From: Octopus sinensis
Lineage: Eukaryota
Length of the DNA stretch: 64,000 nt
Assembly (NCBI RefSeq): GCF_006345805.1
Contig: NC_042997.1
Span: forward strand, 23,932,001 to 23,996,000
Direction of reading: 5' to 3'
The translations under genes and the position numbers were made by a program. Of this stretch, positions 1 through 11,591 are shown piece by piece (position 1 is the stretch's first letter; every line of letters begins with the position of its first letter). A model generated the notes under the pieces. That model was not told where the DNA came from. It did not search any database and worked only from the letters and a program-made list of their open reading frames with translations.

Positions 1-769
1 CACATTTTTTTCTGTATCGATGTACGCACGCATTTATGTATGCATTTACGTATGTATTTATATATATATATATATGACATTTTATATGTGCATATGAGTA
101 TGTGTACATGTGTGTATGTGTATGTTTGTAATGTCTTTATGTGTTTTAATACGGATTCTATTCCTGATTGTAGTTTTCGAATTTATTTTGAGTGAACGCC
201 TGCTCGGTGGCAAGGTTTTAGACAAAAAGAATCCAAAACAAAACAAAAGATAGATATCTTGTTCTTTTTATCATTCGTTGACCAACCATTCACTCCTAAA
301 ATGTAAAAAAGTTCTACCGTTATTTATTTTCCCCAGATAGGACTACCATCTGTATCGTGTGAATTTATTAAGCCACAGTTTTCTTCCTAGAATCTGTTTA
401 GAAATACTGGCATCTATGTGGGTTGCTATGTTGTATCATGTACCCCTAATAATGACGGGTATAAATTTGAAAGCGCATTTTGAGCAATAGGCTTGGAAAC
501 TCCTACTTCCAGTTAACTGCCAAGTTTTTAATTTCGTGTCCCTTAACAGCAATATCATGTCAAATATGTTTCAGTTTGGATGTTCCTTCACATTTTGTGT
601 TTCTCCAATATCCTCAAGATCAGTATGTTATTTTGTGTTTGAATTCAATGAATATTGCGTTTATTTATTTGCTACTTACTAATTGTTCTTCAATAACGGT
701 TTATTATTCGATAATTGTTTCTTCAAAATCATTATGGACCGATCAGCCGTTTTTGTTACCGTCCAACGG

Positions 770-2480
770 GGCAAAATTTTAAGAGAAAGAGATTTTTCAG
801 AGGTGTTCAAAATTTTGTTAAGGTTATGTCTGGAGATATTTAATAGAAATTATAGACACCAGTGATTTTGAGCCAGTTTTAGCACGTGTCTACTGCACCT
901 AGCAACAGACGTGTGAGCCAGAAAGTGGTGACGCTGCTGAGAAATGATCCGAACAAGGAGGATGAGATTGAAAACTTCAGGCCCATATCACTATTCAGCA
1001 GAGAGTTAAAGACTTTAAATAAGGTGCCCACCAAGAAGCTGGCGCTTGTTGTCAATAGAATAGTCGGGTATGCACAAACATGTGCAATACGCACTAGATC
1101 TATCCACGACAATCTTCACCTCATGCGATACATCGTTGAACGGGTCGGCAATAGGTGCACAGGTCAATTTGTACCAATCCAAAGTTTTTGACAGAGTGAA
1201 CCATCACTCTCTGGTGTCTGTCTTAAAAGCTGTCAGTTTCATCCTGTTTTCAGTGGCTAGACCAGCACAATATCTAATAGCTTCTCTTCGGCTGTCAAAT
1301 TGAATGGCCACCTCTCGGAACCTTTCAGTATTGAACCCTCGGTACGCTTAGGATGTCTCCTCACCCCGCTTTTATATATTTTAGCCTTAGAACTCTTGTT
1401 GCAAAGAATGGAGAATTTGAAGAGTATCCCGCTGGAACTAGGTCTCAGGAAAGCAGTGTCCCATACGCAGACGACGTCACTGTCATGATGTCGGATTCTT
1501 CGGACGTATAAAGGATCGACACAATATTGAAAGAATATCAGGAATGCATAGGAGCACTCATAAACCAGGACAATTCAGTAGGTCTACAACTAGGCTCTTG
1601 GAGAGGAAAGTCGACCAACAACGATTTCTGTCGCTGGACAGAGGGTCCGGTGAAAATGCTCGGATTTTGGTTCGGATCAGATGTCCAAGTAGATAGGAAC
1701 TAGAAAGAGGTCATGACTAGGGTGACCAAGCTACCCATAAATGGTCAGAAAGGAAGCTGTCGTTGAAAGGCCTGCGGAAACAGCGAAAGTATATTTCGCT
1801 TCGGTAGTATATTATCACCTAATCGTCGTACCTTTTCCTAACAAAACTCCGATTCTTATGGAAGGGTTAGGTTCTTCTGATCAGAAAATCCATCTGCTAT
1901 TAACACCCACAACGTGGTGGTCTTGAGATGCTATCCTTAATGATGCACCGTCATGCTTTGAGGCTGTCGCACCTACACAAATATCTAAATCACTGCGATG
2001 ATGTGGACAACAACGACAACGAAAATAAGAGTGAACTGGTGTAGGCATCTTTTGTGCAACACGTCTTTCCGCAGCTCATCTGATAGACAGAGCTGCAGTC
2101 ACGGGTCAAACGTAGAACAAGATTGGGTGTTTGACTTCTAGAATGTTGCCAGGCGCTCGCTGCATTGTACCAGCGGCCCAAAACTGTTAGCTGGAAAACA
2201 ACCCAAGATTTCTAAAGGGGCTAGCTCAGGGTATGAGGGTTTCTCGATTATCCCTTGAAGCTTTTCTATATCAGGAGGGCCACACCTCTATCATCCTCTC
2301 CACCAATTGTTTTAAACATTTGTATGCTGTGCATATGCCTCTTTTTTAGTGTGTATCATGTATACTTAATTTCTTTCCTTCCACTTATTAATCATTTCAT
2401 TATATGTAAACCCCTACATTTTATGTCAGTGTTTGTATTGTCCCCGTCATTCTTCGCCCTTGTGGCAAAAAAATGAAATC
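770..2480 (+). mobile_element. Degenerate 5'-truncated L1/Tx1-clade LINE (RT pseudogene plus 3' UTR)
   Basis: Frameshifted RT motifs: NFRPISL...IHDNLHLMRYI (886-1191), SKVFDRV, NGHLSEPFSI..VRLGCLLTPLLYIL (1300-1488) and YADD (tacgcagacgac, 1464-1475). Ends ...gcccttgtggcaaaaaaatgaaatc followed by (ATT)n. Confidence 0.9.
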
Positions 2481-2500
2481 ATTATTATTATTATTATTAT

Positions 2501-4079
2501 TATATGTTTGACTTTTGCTTTATGTCTGTACGAGTTGGCTCCAAGTCTCGCCCAGAGACCTCAAGAAACAACAGGTTGGAAGTTCACTTTGTTGTTATGC
2601 CTAGCATGCCATATATTTGGGGGGGTTTTTTGGTGTTGTAGTAGTGAATGTCTAATACATAAATTTTTTTAAAAGTTTGTTTTAAACCTTGGGATTACAT
2701 AGAAAGTATTTTGCGTAGGATATGAGCAGTTCCCATGAGCACTATCTTTTGAATTTCTGCCATTTTGGGGTTTCCTGGTGTCTGAGTTAGGTAGCAATCA
2801 GCTCCTTTCGCTATCATTCCCAGGGCACGTATGACAACAGGTATTGTTTTAGTCTTCAGGTTCCACATTTTGCTGATTTCTATTTCAAGATCTTTATATT
2901 TGCTCAGTTTTTGGCAGGTCTTTACAGATACGTTTATATCAATTGGGACGGTCATATCAATAAGGAGGCATGTTCTTTGTCTGAAGTCTTTCAATATGAT
3001 GTCTGGCCTATTTGCATCTATCTTTCTGACAGTTTGAATGGTGAAGTTCCAGAGGAGTGCGATGTGGTCATTTTCAAGCACTGGAGGTGGATTGTGTTCC
3101 CGCCAGTTTTTTTCATGGGGCAAATCCAGGTTTTTGCAAATTACCCAGTGAATATATTGTGCAGCTCTATCATGCCTGTTGAGGTAGTCTGTAGGCGCTA
3201 GAAGACTGCATTTGGAGACAACATGATCAATGGTTTCATTTTGTTGTCGGCATACACGACATGTTGGGCTACTGCCGTTCTTTAATATGTTGGCCTGGTA
3301 CTTTCTTGTTGGTGGCCATTGATCTTGAGCTGCTATGATAAACCCTTCTGTTTCAGAGGCCATTAGCCATTGATGGGTCAGGGCGTTGTCAATATTTGCA
3401 TTATTCGCTCTCTTTGGGTATTTGCCATAGAGAGGTTTTTCTTGCCATTTATTATTCAGAATATCTAGGGCCGCAGTTTTGGCACGGGTTTTCATGCGCC
3501 TAGCTTTTTTCTGTGCTTGCTTCTTGTATGTCTATCTCTAATTCTGAAATTTGTTGTATTCGGAATTCACTTAGATATTCCTTTGTCAGTTTTGTTACTG
3601 AGTATGATGCTTTCTTGTTTTCATGTTTTGAGAACAGTTTAACATCCAGTCCTCAGAGTGTTTTTCAGGTAGTGTCTAGGCCAATTGTAGCAATCTTCAT
3701 TGTTATTGCCAGTTGCAAAAGACCACGGCCTCCCTCTTTCTTGGCAGATAAAGTCGTTCTGTATCTGCCTTGGGGTGGTGCATTCTATGCATTGTCAACA
3801 GTTTTCTTATTTTTCTGTCGAGCTGACATATTTCAGTAATTGACCAGTTAACGATATTGAAACTGTAAGTCACGGCTGGTATGGCTAATGCTCTCACTCT
3901 TCGATAACATTCTCTCCTGATCCTTTCCTTCATCTCTGAATGCCTTATTCCGTTCCCTTCAATTACCCCTAGGTACTTGTAGCTCTCCGCTGGGTCTAGT
4001 TCTTTTATGCCATTCTGCTGGTCAAGGTTAACGTTATATATTTCTGTCATTTTTTCCTTTGATAAAGGTAGCTTTTGCA

Positions 4080-4080
<1 letters not shown>
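2501..4080 (-). mobile_element. 5'-truncated R4/Dong-type RLE non-LTR retrotransposon (inactive)
   Basis: ORF 2695-3495 has ETEGFIIAAQDQ, a CRVC..ETIDHVVSKC zinc knuckle, RHD and a PD..D..K restriction-like endonuclease (NRPDII..LIDMTVP..KLSKYKDL). ORF 3703-4131 has the RT C-terminus (YKYLG, LDRKIRK, HPKADTERLYLPRK). Frameshifts and apparent small deletions; (TAA)n on both sides. Confidence 0.92.
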
Positions 4081-4122
<42 letters not shown>

Positions 4123-4141
4123 TATTATCATTATTATATTA

Positions 4142-4176
<35 letters not shown>

Positions 4177-4246
4177 TAAGACAGCGAGCTAGCAGAATCG
4201 TTAGCACGCCAGACGAAATTCTTACCTTTTGGTAAAAAAAAATTGG

Positions 4247-4311
<65 letters not shown>

Positions 4312-4377
4312 GTATTATTATTACTAGTACTACTAATACTAATACTAATACTAATACTACTATTACTATAATTATTA
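4081..4377. repeat. Composite microsatellite (ATT)n / (CAT)n / (TAA/TAC)n with a short SINE-B head fragment
   Basis: Direct reading; gacagcgagctagcagaatcgttagcacgcc at about 4180-4210. Confidence 0.9.
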
Positions 4378-4580
4378 TGGCGGCGAGCTGGCAGAATCGT
4401 TAAGCACGCCGGGCAAAATGCTTAACATCATTTCATCCGTCTTTATGTTCTGAGTTCAAATGTCTTCCGTGGTCAACTTTGCCTCGATAAAATTCGTACC
4501 AGGTGAGCACTGGGTTCGATATTAGCGATTTATTACTTCCCCAGAATTTGCTGGCCTTGTGCCAAAATTTAAAGCATAAT
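4378..4580 (+). mobile_element. Older SINE-B-related copy (tail ttgctggccttgtgccaaaattt)
   Basis: Head ggcggcgagctggcagaatcgtt, B-box-like gagttcaaat, diverged body. Similar relics at about 9720-9870, 21150-21320, 23245-23450 and 57120-57480. Confidence 0.75.
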
Positions 4581-4949
4581 CATCACTGCAGTGCGTTGGT
4601 GGAATCTTTAGAACTTTAGACAAATTGTTTTGTGATAGTTTTCCCAGTTCTTTAGATTCTGAGATCAAATCCTACCGGTGCTAACATTTCTTTTATCCAA
4701 CATAAAATATATGTCTTGTACTTCGGTCTCACCACTACCCCCCAAATTTACAAGCCCACTTCCTAAATTTTTTTTTGCAGCTATTTTTTTTTTTTGGATG
4801 GTTTTGTTGGAGTCATTTTTACATAGACACAATTCCTGAAATTTGGAGTGCAAAGATTTAGTCGATGTTTTGCTTCAAGAACTTGCATTGCTATTTATTC
4901 CATGAATATAATTACGAATCGAAATTTGTGCTTTCCTCTTTACTATTTA

Positions 4950-5570
4950 CCTTTACTCTTTACTCTTTTACTTGTTTCAGTCATTTGACTGTGACCATGC
5001 TGGAGCACCGCCTTCAGTCTAGCAAATCGACCCCAGGACTTATTCATTGTAGGCCTAGTACTTATCCTATCGGTATTTTTTACCGAAAGGCGGCGAGCTG
5101 GCAGAAACGTTAGCATGCCGGGCGAAATACGTAGCCGTATTTCGTCTGCCGTTAGGTTCTAAGTTCAAATTCCGCCAAGGCCGACTTGGCCTTTCATCCT
5201 TTCGGGGTCGATAAATTAAGTACCAGTTACGCACTGGGGTCGATGTAATCGACTTAAACCGTTTGTCCTTGTTTGTCCTTTCTGTGTTTAGCCCCTTGTG
5301 GGTAGTAAAGAAATAGGTATTTTTTACCGAACCGCTAAGTTACAGGGACGTAAACACACCACCATCGGTCGTCAAGCGATATTGGCGGGACAAACACAGA
5401 TACACAACATATGCACACATACATATATACGACGGGCTTCTTTCAGTTTCCGTCTACCAAATCAACTCACAAGGCTTTGGTAGGACGAGGCTATAGTAGA
5501 AGACATTTGCCCAAGGTGCTACGCAGTGGGACTGAACCCGGAGCCATGCAGTTGGTAAGCAAGCTACTTA
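4950..5570 (-). mobile_element. SINE-A (tRNA-headed, CORE-like) interrupted by a SINE-B insertion
   Basis: Matches the many other SINE-A copies in the window: A box TGGCTGTGTGG, B box GGTTCAGTCCC, CORE-like ttgggcaagtgtctt, tail (AGTAAAAG)n. Confidence 0.9.
5088..5315 (+). mobile_element. Full-length SINE-B nested in SINE-A, 16-bp TSD
   Basis: GGTATTTTTTACCGAA at 5072-5087 and 5316-5331. Confidence 0.92.
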
Positions 5571-5671
5571 GCACACAGCCACTCCTACGCCTTGCTCCTC
5601 ATTTTCCTTTTACACCTTTTCCCATCTATTCTGGGATTCCCTTATACGCTGCTCAACGAGACAATTTGCTT

Positions 5672-6062
5672 ATGATGATGATGGTGATGATGATGATGAT
5701 GATGATGATAATGATGATAGCGCCACTAATGGAGTAGATGTCCACGACAACGGCTACCAGCCACGCAGTCGACGAAGAAACAAACGACAGCTACGACGCA
5801 GTCGACGTAGAAACAGACGACACCAACGACGCAGTCGACGTAGAAACAGACGACACCAACGACGCAGTCGACGTAGAAAGAGTCGAGGGTGATTGCAACG
5901 GCAAAGGCGACGAGGGCGATCACGACGACCACGACTACGAAGGCAGCAACGACTACGACTAATGCGACGAGGACGACGACAACAAAGGCAAAAACGACAA
6001 CGCGACAACAGCGAAGACGACGACGATGGTGATTATGATGATGATGATGATAACGATGATGT
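5672..6062 (+). repeat. (GAT)n/(GAC)n tract containing a 33-bp minisatellite (about 3.5 units)
   Basis: cgcagtcgacgtagaaacagacgacaccaacga repeats from about 5763 to 5880. Confidence 0.85.
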
Positions 6063-6224
6063 TAACGCTATCGTTTATCCATGCTACTGCTGTCTCCCTT
6101 GATACCGAAGCAAGGGTCTCAGTGAAGAATTTTCTCATTAGAACGTCTGCATGTACAAAATCGACCGGACTGATCTCGACTACAAATACGCAAAACACAT
6201 ATACACATATCAACGCAAGCAAAT

Positions 6225-6262
6225 ACTAATTCGATATATATATATATATATAAATATATATG

Positions 6263-6302
<40 letters not shown>

Positions 6303-6547
6303 ACACATATATATATATATATGTGTGGGTGTGTGTGGTGTGTGGTGTATATGTGTGTGTATATGTGTGTGTATGTATATGTGTGTATATATTTATATAT
6401 ACACAGATATATCCGTATATATATAATATATATATATATACACACATTATATAGATGTATATGTATATATATATATGTGTGTGTGTTTGTGTATATATGT
6501 GTGAGTATGTATATGTGTGTATATATTTATATATACACAGATATATC

Positions 6548-6606
<59 letters not shown>

Positions 6607-6862
6607 CATATATTCGTATATATATATACATATATATATATTATAAATATATGTCTGTATATGGGTATGCGTGTGTATATATATATGCGTGTAAATATAT
6701 ATATATGTGTATATATACACATATATGTATATATTCATATCCATATATATGTACATATATGTATATATACGCATACACATACTCATACACATATACCTAT
6801 ATTAATATATATATATAAGTATATATATTTGTCTAAATATACACGCACACGCACATATATAC

Positions 6863-6899
<37 letters not shown>

Positions 6900-7276
6900 C
6901 GCATAGACATACTCATAAGAATATCTCTATATTAAGATATAAATATACGTACATATGGATACACTCGATTATAATTACTTTCATACACATCTCACTTCTC
7001 TCTCACCGTCTCTTTACTTCACTGTTTCTTTATCCTACCCTCTCCCTCTCTCTCTTCCTCTCACCCTCTCTCTCTCACACTCTCATTCACTAGCATATTT
7101 ATATATGCATACATGCATTCTCATATATAAATATACATGTGTGTGTGTATATTTCAAACTGTGATTTGGTAATGTATAATCATGCACTTCTCTGTGTGTG
7201 TATGTGTGTGTGTGTGCATGTGTGTGCGTGCTATATGTGTGTATGTACGTGTATATGCATTTGCGTGCAGGTGTTC

Positions 7277-7351
<75 letters not shown>

Positions 7352-7470
7352 TTCTCTATATAAGTATATTCTACACATTCTACACACCACCACACAGAAT
7401 ATGAGAGCAACTGCGCGCAGGCACACACACACACCACACACACACACGCACGCGCGCGCGCGCGCGCACA
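6225..7470. repeat. Compound (TA)n/(CA)n/(GA)n/(GC)n microsatellite field
   Basis: Direct reading; includes an internal near-duplication of about 100 bp (around 6340-6430 vs 6470-6560). Confidence 0.9.
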
Positions 7471-7489
7471 CACACACATACGCACGCAC

Positions 7490-7760
7490 AAGGGAACGTA
7501 TGAGCCTATGAGCTTGCAAATATGGCGCTGATATTTCCGCCATTCCAATAAGCGCCATCTTACAATATTCCGAGCTGCTATACACCATCAAAGTCCGTCG
7601 TTTCACACCGTCATCTTGCAATACCCTATGGCCGTTAGAGGAAATTACAAAATGCGCAGCAGAGCAGACTTTACACCACTCGTGTTCACCAACAGCCTGC
7701 TTTCTTATCGTATCGATGACAGCATGGCATCGTAAGAGACTTCGCTCTGTGGTTTCTGTT
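7490..7760. promoter_or_regulatory. CpG-enriched unique segment with three YY1-like CGCCAT motifs; possible promoter or first exon
   Basis: atggcg 7522-27, cgccat 7538-43, cgccatctt 7553-61; plus-strand donor-like gcatc|gtaaga at about 7731. Confidence 0.35.
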
Positions 7761-8291
7761 TCCCCCCTTTTTTTTTCTTCTATTATTTAGTCTTTCTTTT
7801 TTTGCTATTTTTTTTTCGGTTTAGGGATTCTGCTCTTGTGTTCATAAGTGTCTTTCCGAATGCCTATATCTGTTTTATATATGCAGCAGTATGGTAGAAT
7901 GTGTGTATGGATGTTTGAGTGTGTGTGTGAGTGTGTAGTATTTTGAGCAACTTATTTTTACTTATCGTTGCTCTTTTTTGGCGGTTTAGATATTTCGTAT
8001 TAACTATGTTACATATTATAGAGATAGGTGAGAAATTCGTCAAAACCAAACACGCGCGCACACGTACATACGCAAACACACAAACACATACGCATGCTTG
8101 CATACACGCACATACGCACACGCCTCAGCATGGCCGCAGTCTAATGACTGAAACAAGTAAAAAAAAGAAAGATATCTGTATATGTATGAATTTATATATG
8201 TGTGTGTATGTGTTAGTGTGTATGCGTGTGTGTACGCATGCCTGTGTATATATTATATATATATATCATATTTGAAATATATGTATATAAG

Positions 8292-8338
<47 letters not shown>

Positions 8339-8391
8339 ATATATATATATATATATATATAATATTATATGTATATAAGCTATACATATAA

Positions 8392-8423
<32 letters not shown>

Positions 8424-8431
8424 TATAAGCT

Positions 8432-8472
<41 letters not shown>

Positions 8473-8984
8473 AATATATAAATAATATATATATATATAT
8501 GTATGTATGTATGAATGTATGTATGTATGTATGTATGTATGTATGTATGTATGTATGTATGTATGTATGCATGCATATTTGCCTATATACTTGAGTATGT
8601 ACAATTATATACGCACTCACGTACAGACAATTTATTTTTTTATATTTACTGGAAGCTAAAAACCTCTGAAATAGTTATTCCGACTTTTTTCATTTCCGAT
8701 CGTCAGACCACGGTGATGGATAGAAAAAAAATATCCAAAATATATAACAGTGAAGCAGAAACATTTGGAAGTTCATCAATAGATTTCATTGAGTTCTTGC
8801 AAAAGTCTGTTAGACACTATTTTTTCTAAAAATAATACCTGCAAAAGAATCTTGTAGTGTATACGTAATGACGAATGCGTTTAGAAAAGCTGCGTCTAAT
8901 CAAATGTTCAGGTCTCACATATAAAATAAATGCAAGTGATATATAATGATATAGTATTTTTCCGATGGCCGGATAAATGAAGAG

Positions 8985-9034
8985 ATGGCGGCGTGGATTT
9001 CCACTTCGGCATCCGAAACTCGGAGTTTTATCAG
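8985..9034 (+). CDS. Candidate first coding exon (MAAWISTSASETRSFI + phase 2)
   Basis: gagATGGCGGCG start context; donor ag|gtatca; phase 2 matches the exon at 10532. Confidence 0.3.
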
Positions 9035-10039
9035 GTATCAGGGCTACCGAATAACTGTCACATATTACATGTTCAGATAAATTCCTCTATTTACATAATA
9101 TCGAGGTCTCTTTCATCTTTTTTTGTCGTCTTACCATTTTTATCAATATATATATATATATATAATATATATATATATTATCATATATATCATATAATGT
9201 ATATATATATATTATATAATATATATGTATATGTAGTATGTTGTATGTATGTATGTATGTATGTATGTATGTATGTATGTATGTATGTCTGTATATGAAG
9301 AGAGAGACCAAGACTTGGTCGGCTCAAGACTATATAGTAGAAGACTTTTGCTCATTGTACCATGCAGTGGATCTGAACTCAGAACCACGTAGTTCGGAAG
9401 CACGCAACTACGCCAGCGCCAAAATTATGATGCGGTACAAATAATTTCAGATGATTTCTATCGAAACTATCATAAAGTTTCAAGGTATTACACATCATCA
9501 TTTCTTTCATTGCTTCTTTCGAAATGTATTATCGATATATTTTTCACAATAATAACGTGGCAGCATCCAATTATAAAGAATTACCTATAATTATTTGTTG
9601 ATCCCTTTTTATGAGTTATAATCAGATCAAATATTAACAGTTGTGGTCATCAGTTTTACCCTGCAATCTATCGAATGTGTTCGGTTAGAAAAATTGATTA
9701 TGAGTCAGAAAATACTTAATATATTAGCTATTGCTCCAACCGAGTTCAACTTTAGTTTCATGCTTTGGCGATGGATAAAATTAACTGTTATTTAAGTACT
9801 GATATAGGTGATATCGACCAAACCCTCAAAATTGTTGGTGTTGTGCCTAAGCCACAAGCAATTATTTCTCCTATCGGGGCGTTTTTCTCTTCACGTAGCA
9901 AGGATAGTGCTTGTGTTTAATGTGTTACGAGTTTGTATGTATCCTGTGTGAGGGGACATGACCCAAAAGCTTCAAGATAGGTGGAGAGGACAAAAATCAC
10001 ATGATGTCGGTGTTAAAACGAGCGTGGGATGAGGTCCAT

Positions 10040-10323
10040 TACCTAAAGCAGCGGACTCGCGGTCGAGGGATCGCGGGTTCGAATCTCAGACCGGGTGATG
10101 TGTGTGTTTATGAGTGAAACACCTAAGCTCCACGCGGCTCCAGCAGAAAGTAATGGCGAACTTCTGCTGACTCTTTCGCCACAAAATTCTCTTCACTCTT
10201 TCCTCCTGCATCTTGCAGCTCACCTGCGACGGACCGGCGTCCCGTCCAGGCGGGGAACCTATACGCCAAGGAAACCGGGAAACTGGCCCTTATGAACCAG
10301 GCATGGCTCGAGAAGGAACAAAG
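10040..10323 (+). mobile_element. SINE-C-related element with a different 3' module
   Basis: Shares gcagcggactcgcggtc..ggatcgcgg.ttcga..tc.cagaccggg and the body up to ctcactctt.c.tcctg with SINE-C, then diverges (gcgacggaccggcgtcccgtccagg ... ctcgagaaggaacaaaga). Confidence 0.8.
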
Positions 10324-10531
10324 AATACTACAGTCAAAGACGCTTTCCCATGTTTCCGCTCAGTGAGATCAATCCGGAAATAAACTTGTTACAAGCAAGC
10401 TTCTTTACCGCATCTACTCACCTGTTTTCATTTGCATCGCACGGTCATGCAACTGGTTTAAATGGATCTCTAGATTCTTGAAAAAGAAACTTAATTTATA
10501 CCGGAAATCACTTATGTAATACTTTATGCAG

Positions 10532-10720
10532 AATGAAACGATTGCCGTGGCTAAAAGACCACGTTAAAACGATGGAAAATTTTACAGCAACCAAACCAAT
10601 AACCATACTGGATAAGTGTGGAAAGGAGACCTATACTCGACTGGATGATATACTAGAAATAATAACCAAATCCCTCAAATCACAGCCAGTTCTCTTTAAA
10701 ATACAAGAATATATTGAATC
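10532..10720 (+). CDS. Internal coding exon of an unidentified protein (MKRLPWLKDHVKTMENF...LFKIQEYIE)
   Basis: Acceptor actttatgcag|, donor |gtaagt, 189 nt, symmetric phase 2-2, stop-free, normal amino-acid composition in non-repetitive DNA. Confidence 0.65.
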
Positions 10721-10997
10721 GTAAGTATGCCAGACATGACAAAGTAAAACGTTATAGTCATGACTGGAATGTCTTTAACACAGTTATACTTCATTAGGGC
10801 TAACAGGACGTAAACAATTGCAACAATCTATCGGACAAGTACGATACTGTAAAAGATAAATATATGGAATATTCGGACCGTTGGCTAGTAACCTAAGTGT
10901 TATATAACTGTTTGAGTAGAGCAAATAGGGACTTTACAACAAATTTCTTTATCAGCAAAAGAAATCCCATAACAAAAAAAAAAAAAATTTTAAATAC

Positions 10998-11392
10998 AGT
11001 GGCTGTGTGGTAAGTAGATTGCTAAACAACCACATGGTTCCGGGTTCAGTCCCACTGCGTGGCATCTTGGGCAAGTGTCTTCTGCTATAGCCCCGAGCCG
11101 ACCAATGCCTTGTGAGTGGATTTGGTAGACGGAAACTGAAAGAAGCCTGTCGTATATATGTATATATATGTATATGTGTGTGTGTGTTTGTGTGTCTGTG
11201 TTTGTTCCTCTAGCATTGCTTGACAACCGATGCTGGTGTGTTTACGTCCCCGTCACTTAGCGGTTCGGCAAAAAGAGACCGATAGAATAAGTACTGGGCT
11301 TACAAAGAATAAGTCCCGGGGTCGATTTGCTCGACTAAAGGCGGTGCTCCAGCATGGCTGCAGTCAAATGACTGAAACAAGTAAAAGAGTAA
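10998..11392 (+). mobile_element. SINE-A, near full length
   Basis: A and B boxes, CORE-like motif, internal (TA)(TG) microsatellite, tail. Confidence 0.95.
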
Positions 11393-11545
11393 AAAAAAAG
11401 AGTATTTGTAAAAGGCGGCAAATTTTATTATGTGGACTATTGTTTTTCATGCAGATTATGCTTCCGAATTATTTATTCTCTTAACTCCAACGCAGGGAAT
11501 GAACAATCATTTCAGAGTATTGTAGCAATATTTTTTTTTCTGCAG

Positions 11546-11591
11546 TCACTTGAACAATTTCACGAGGAGTAGTTTTCCCGAAATATTATAG
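11546..11591 (+). CDS. Candidate terminal exon (S)HLNNFTRSSFPEIL*
   Basis: Strong acceptor tttttttttctgcag|; phase 2 fits the 10532 exon. Alternative continuations exist (18164-18222, 21628-21665). Confidence 0.3.

Noticed and set aside
2695-3495. 266-aa ORF as a host nuclease gene or intact element
   Set aside because: It is the C-terminal part of a truncated, frameshifted R4/Dong ORF.
6119-8620. Numerous YI/HT/CV-repeat ORFs, also at 28-30 kb, 31.8 kb, 43 kb and 59 kb
   Set aside because: Dinucleotide and tetranucleotide repeat translations.
8640-8930. Extended coding region upstream of 8985
   Set aside because: Requires a frameshift and crosses several stops; no consistent splice sites.
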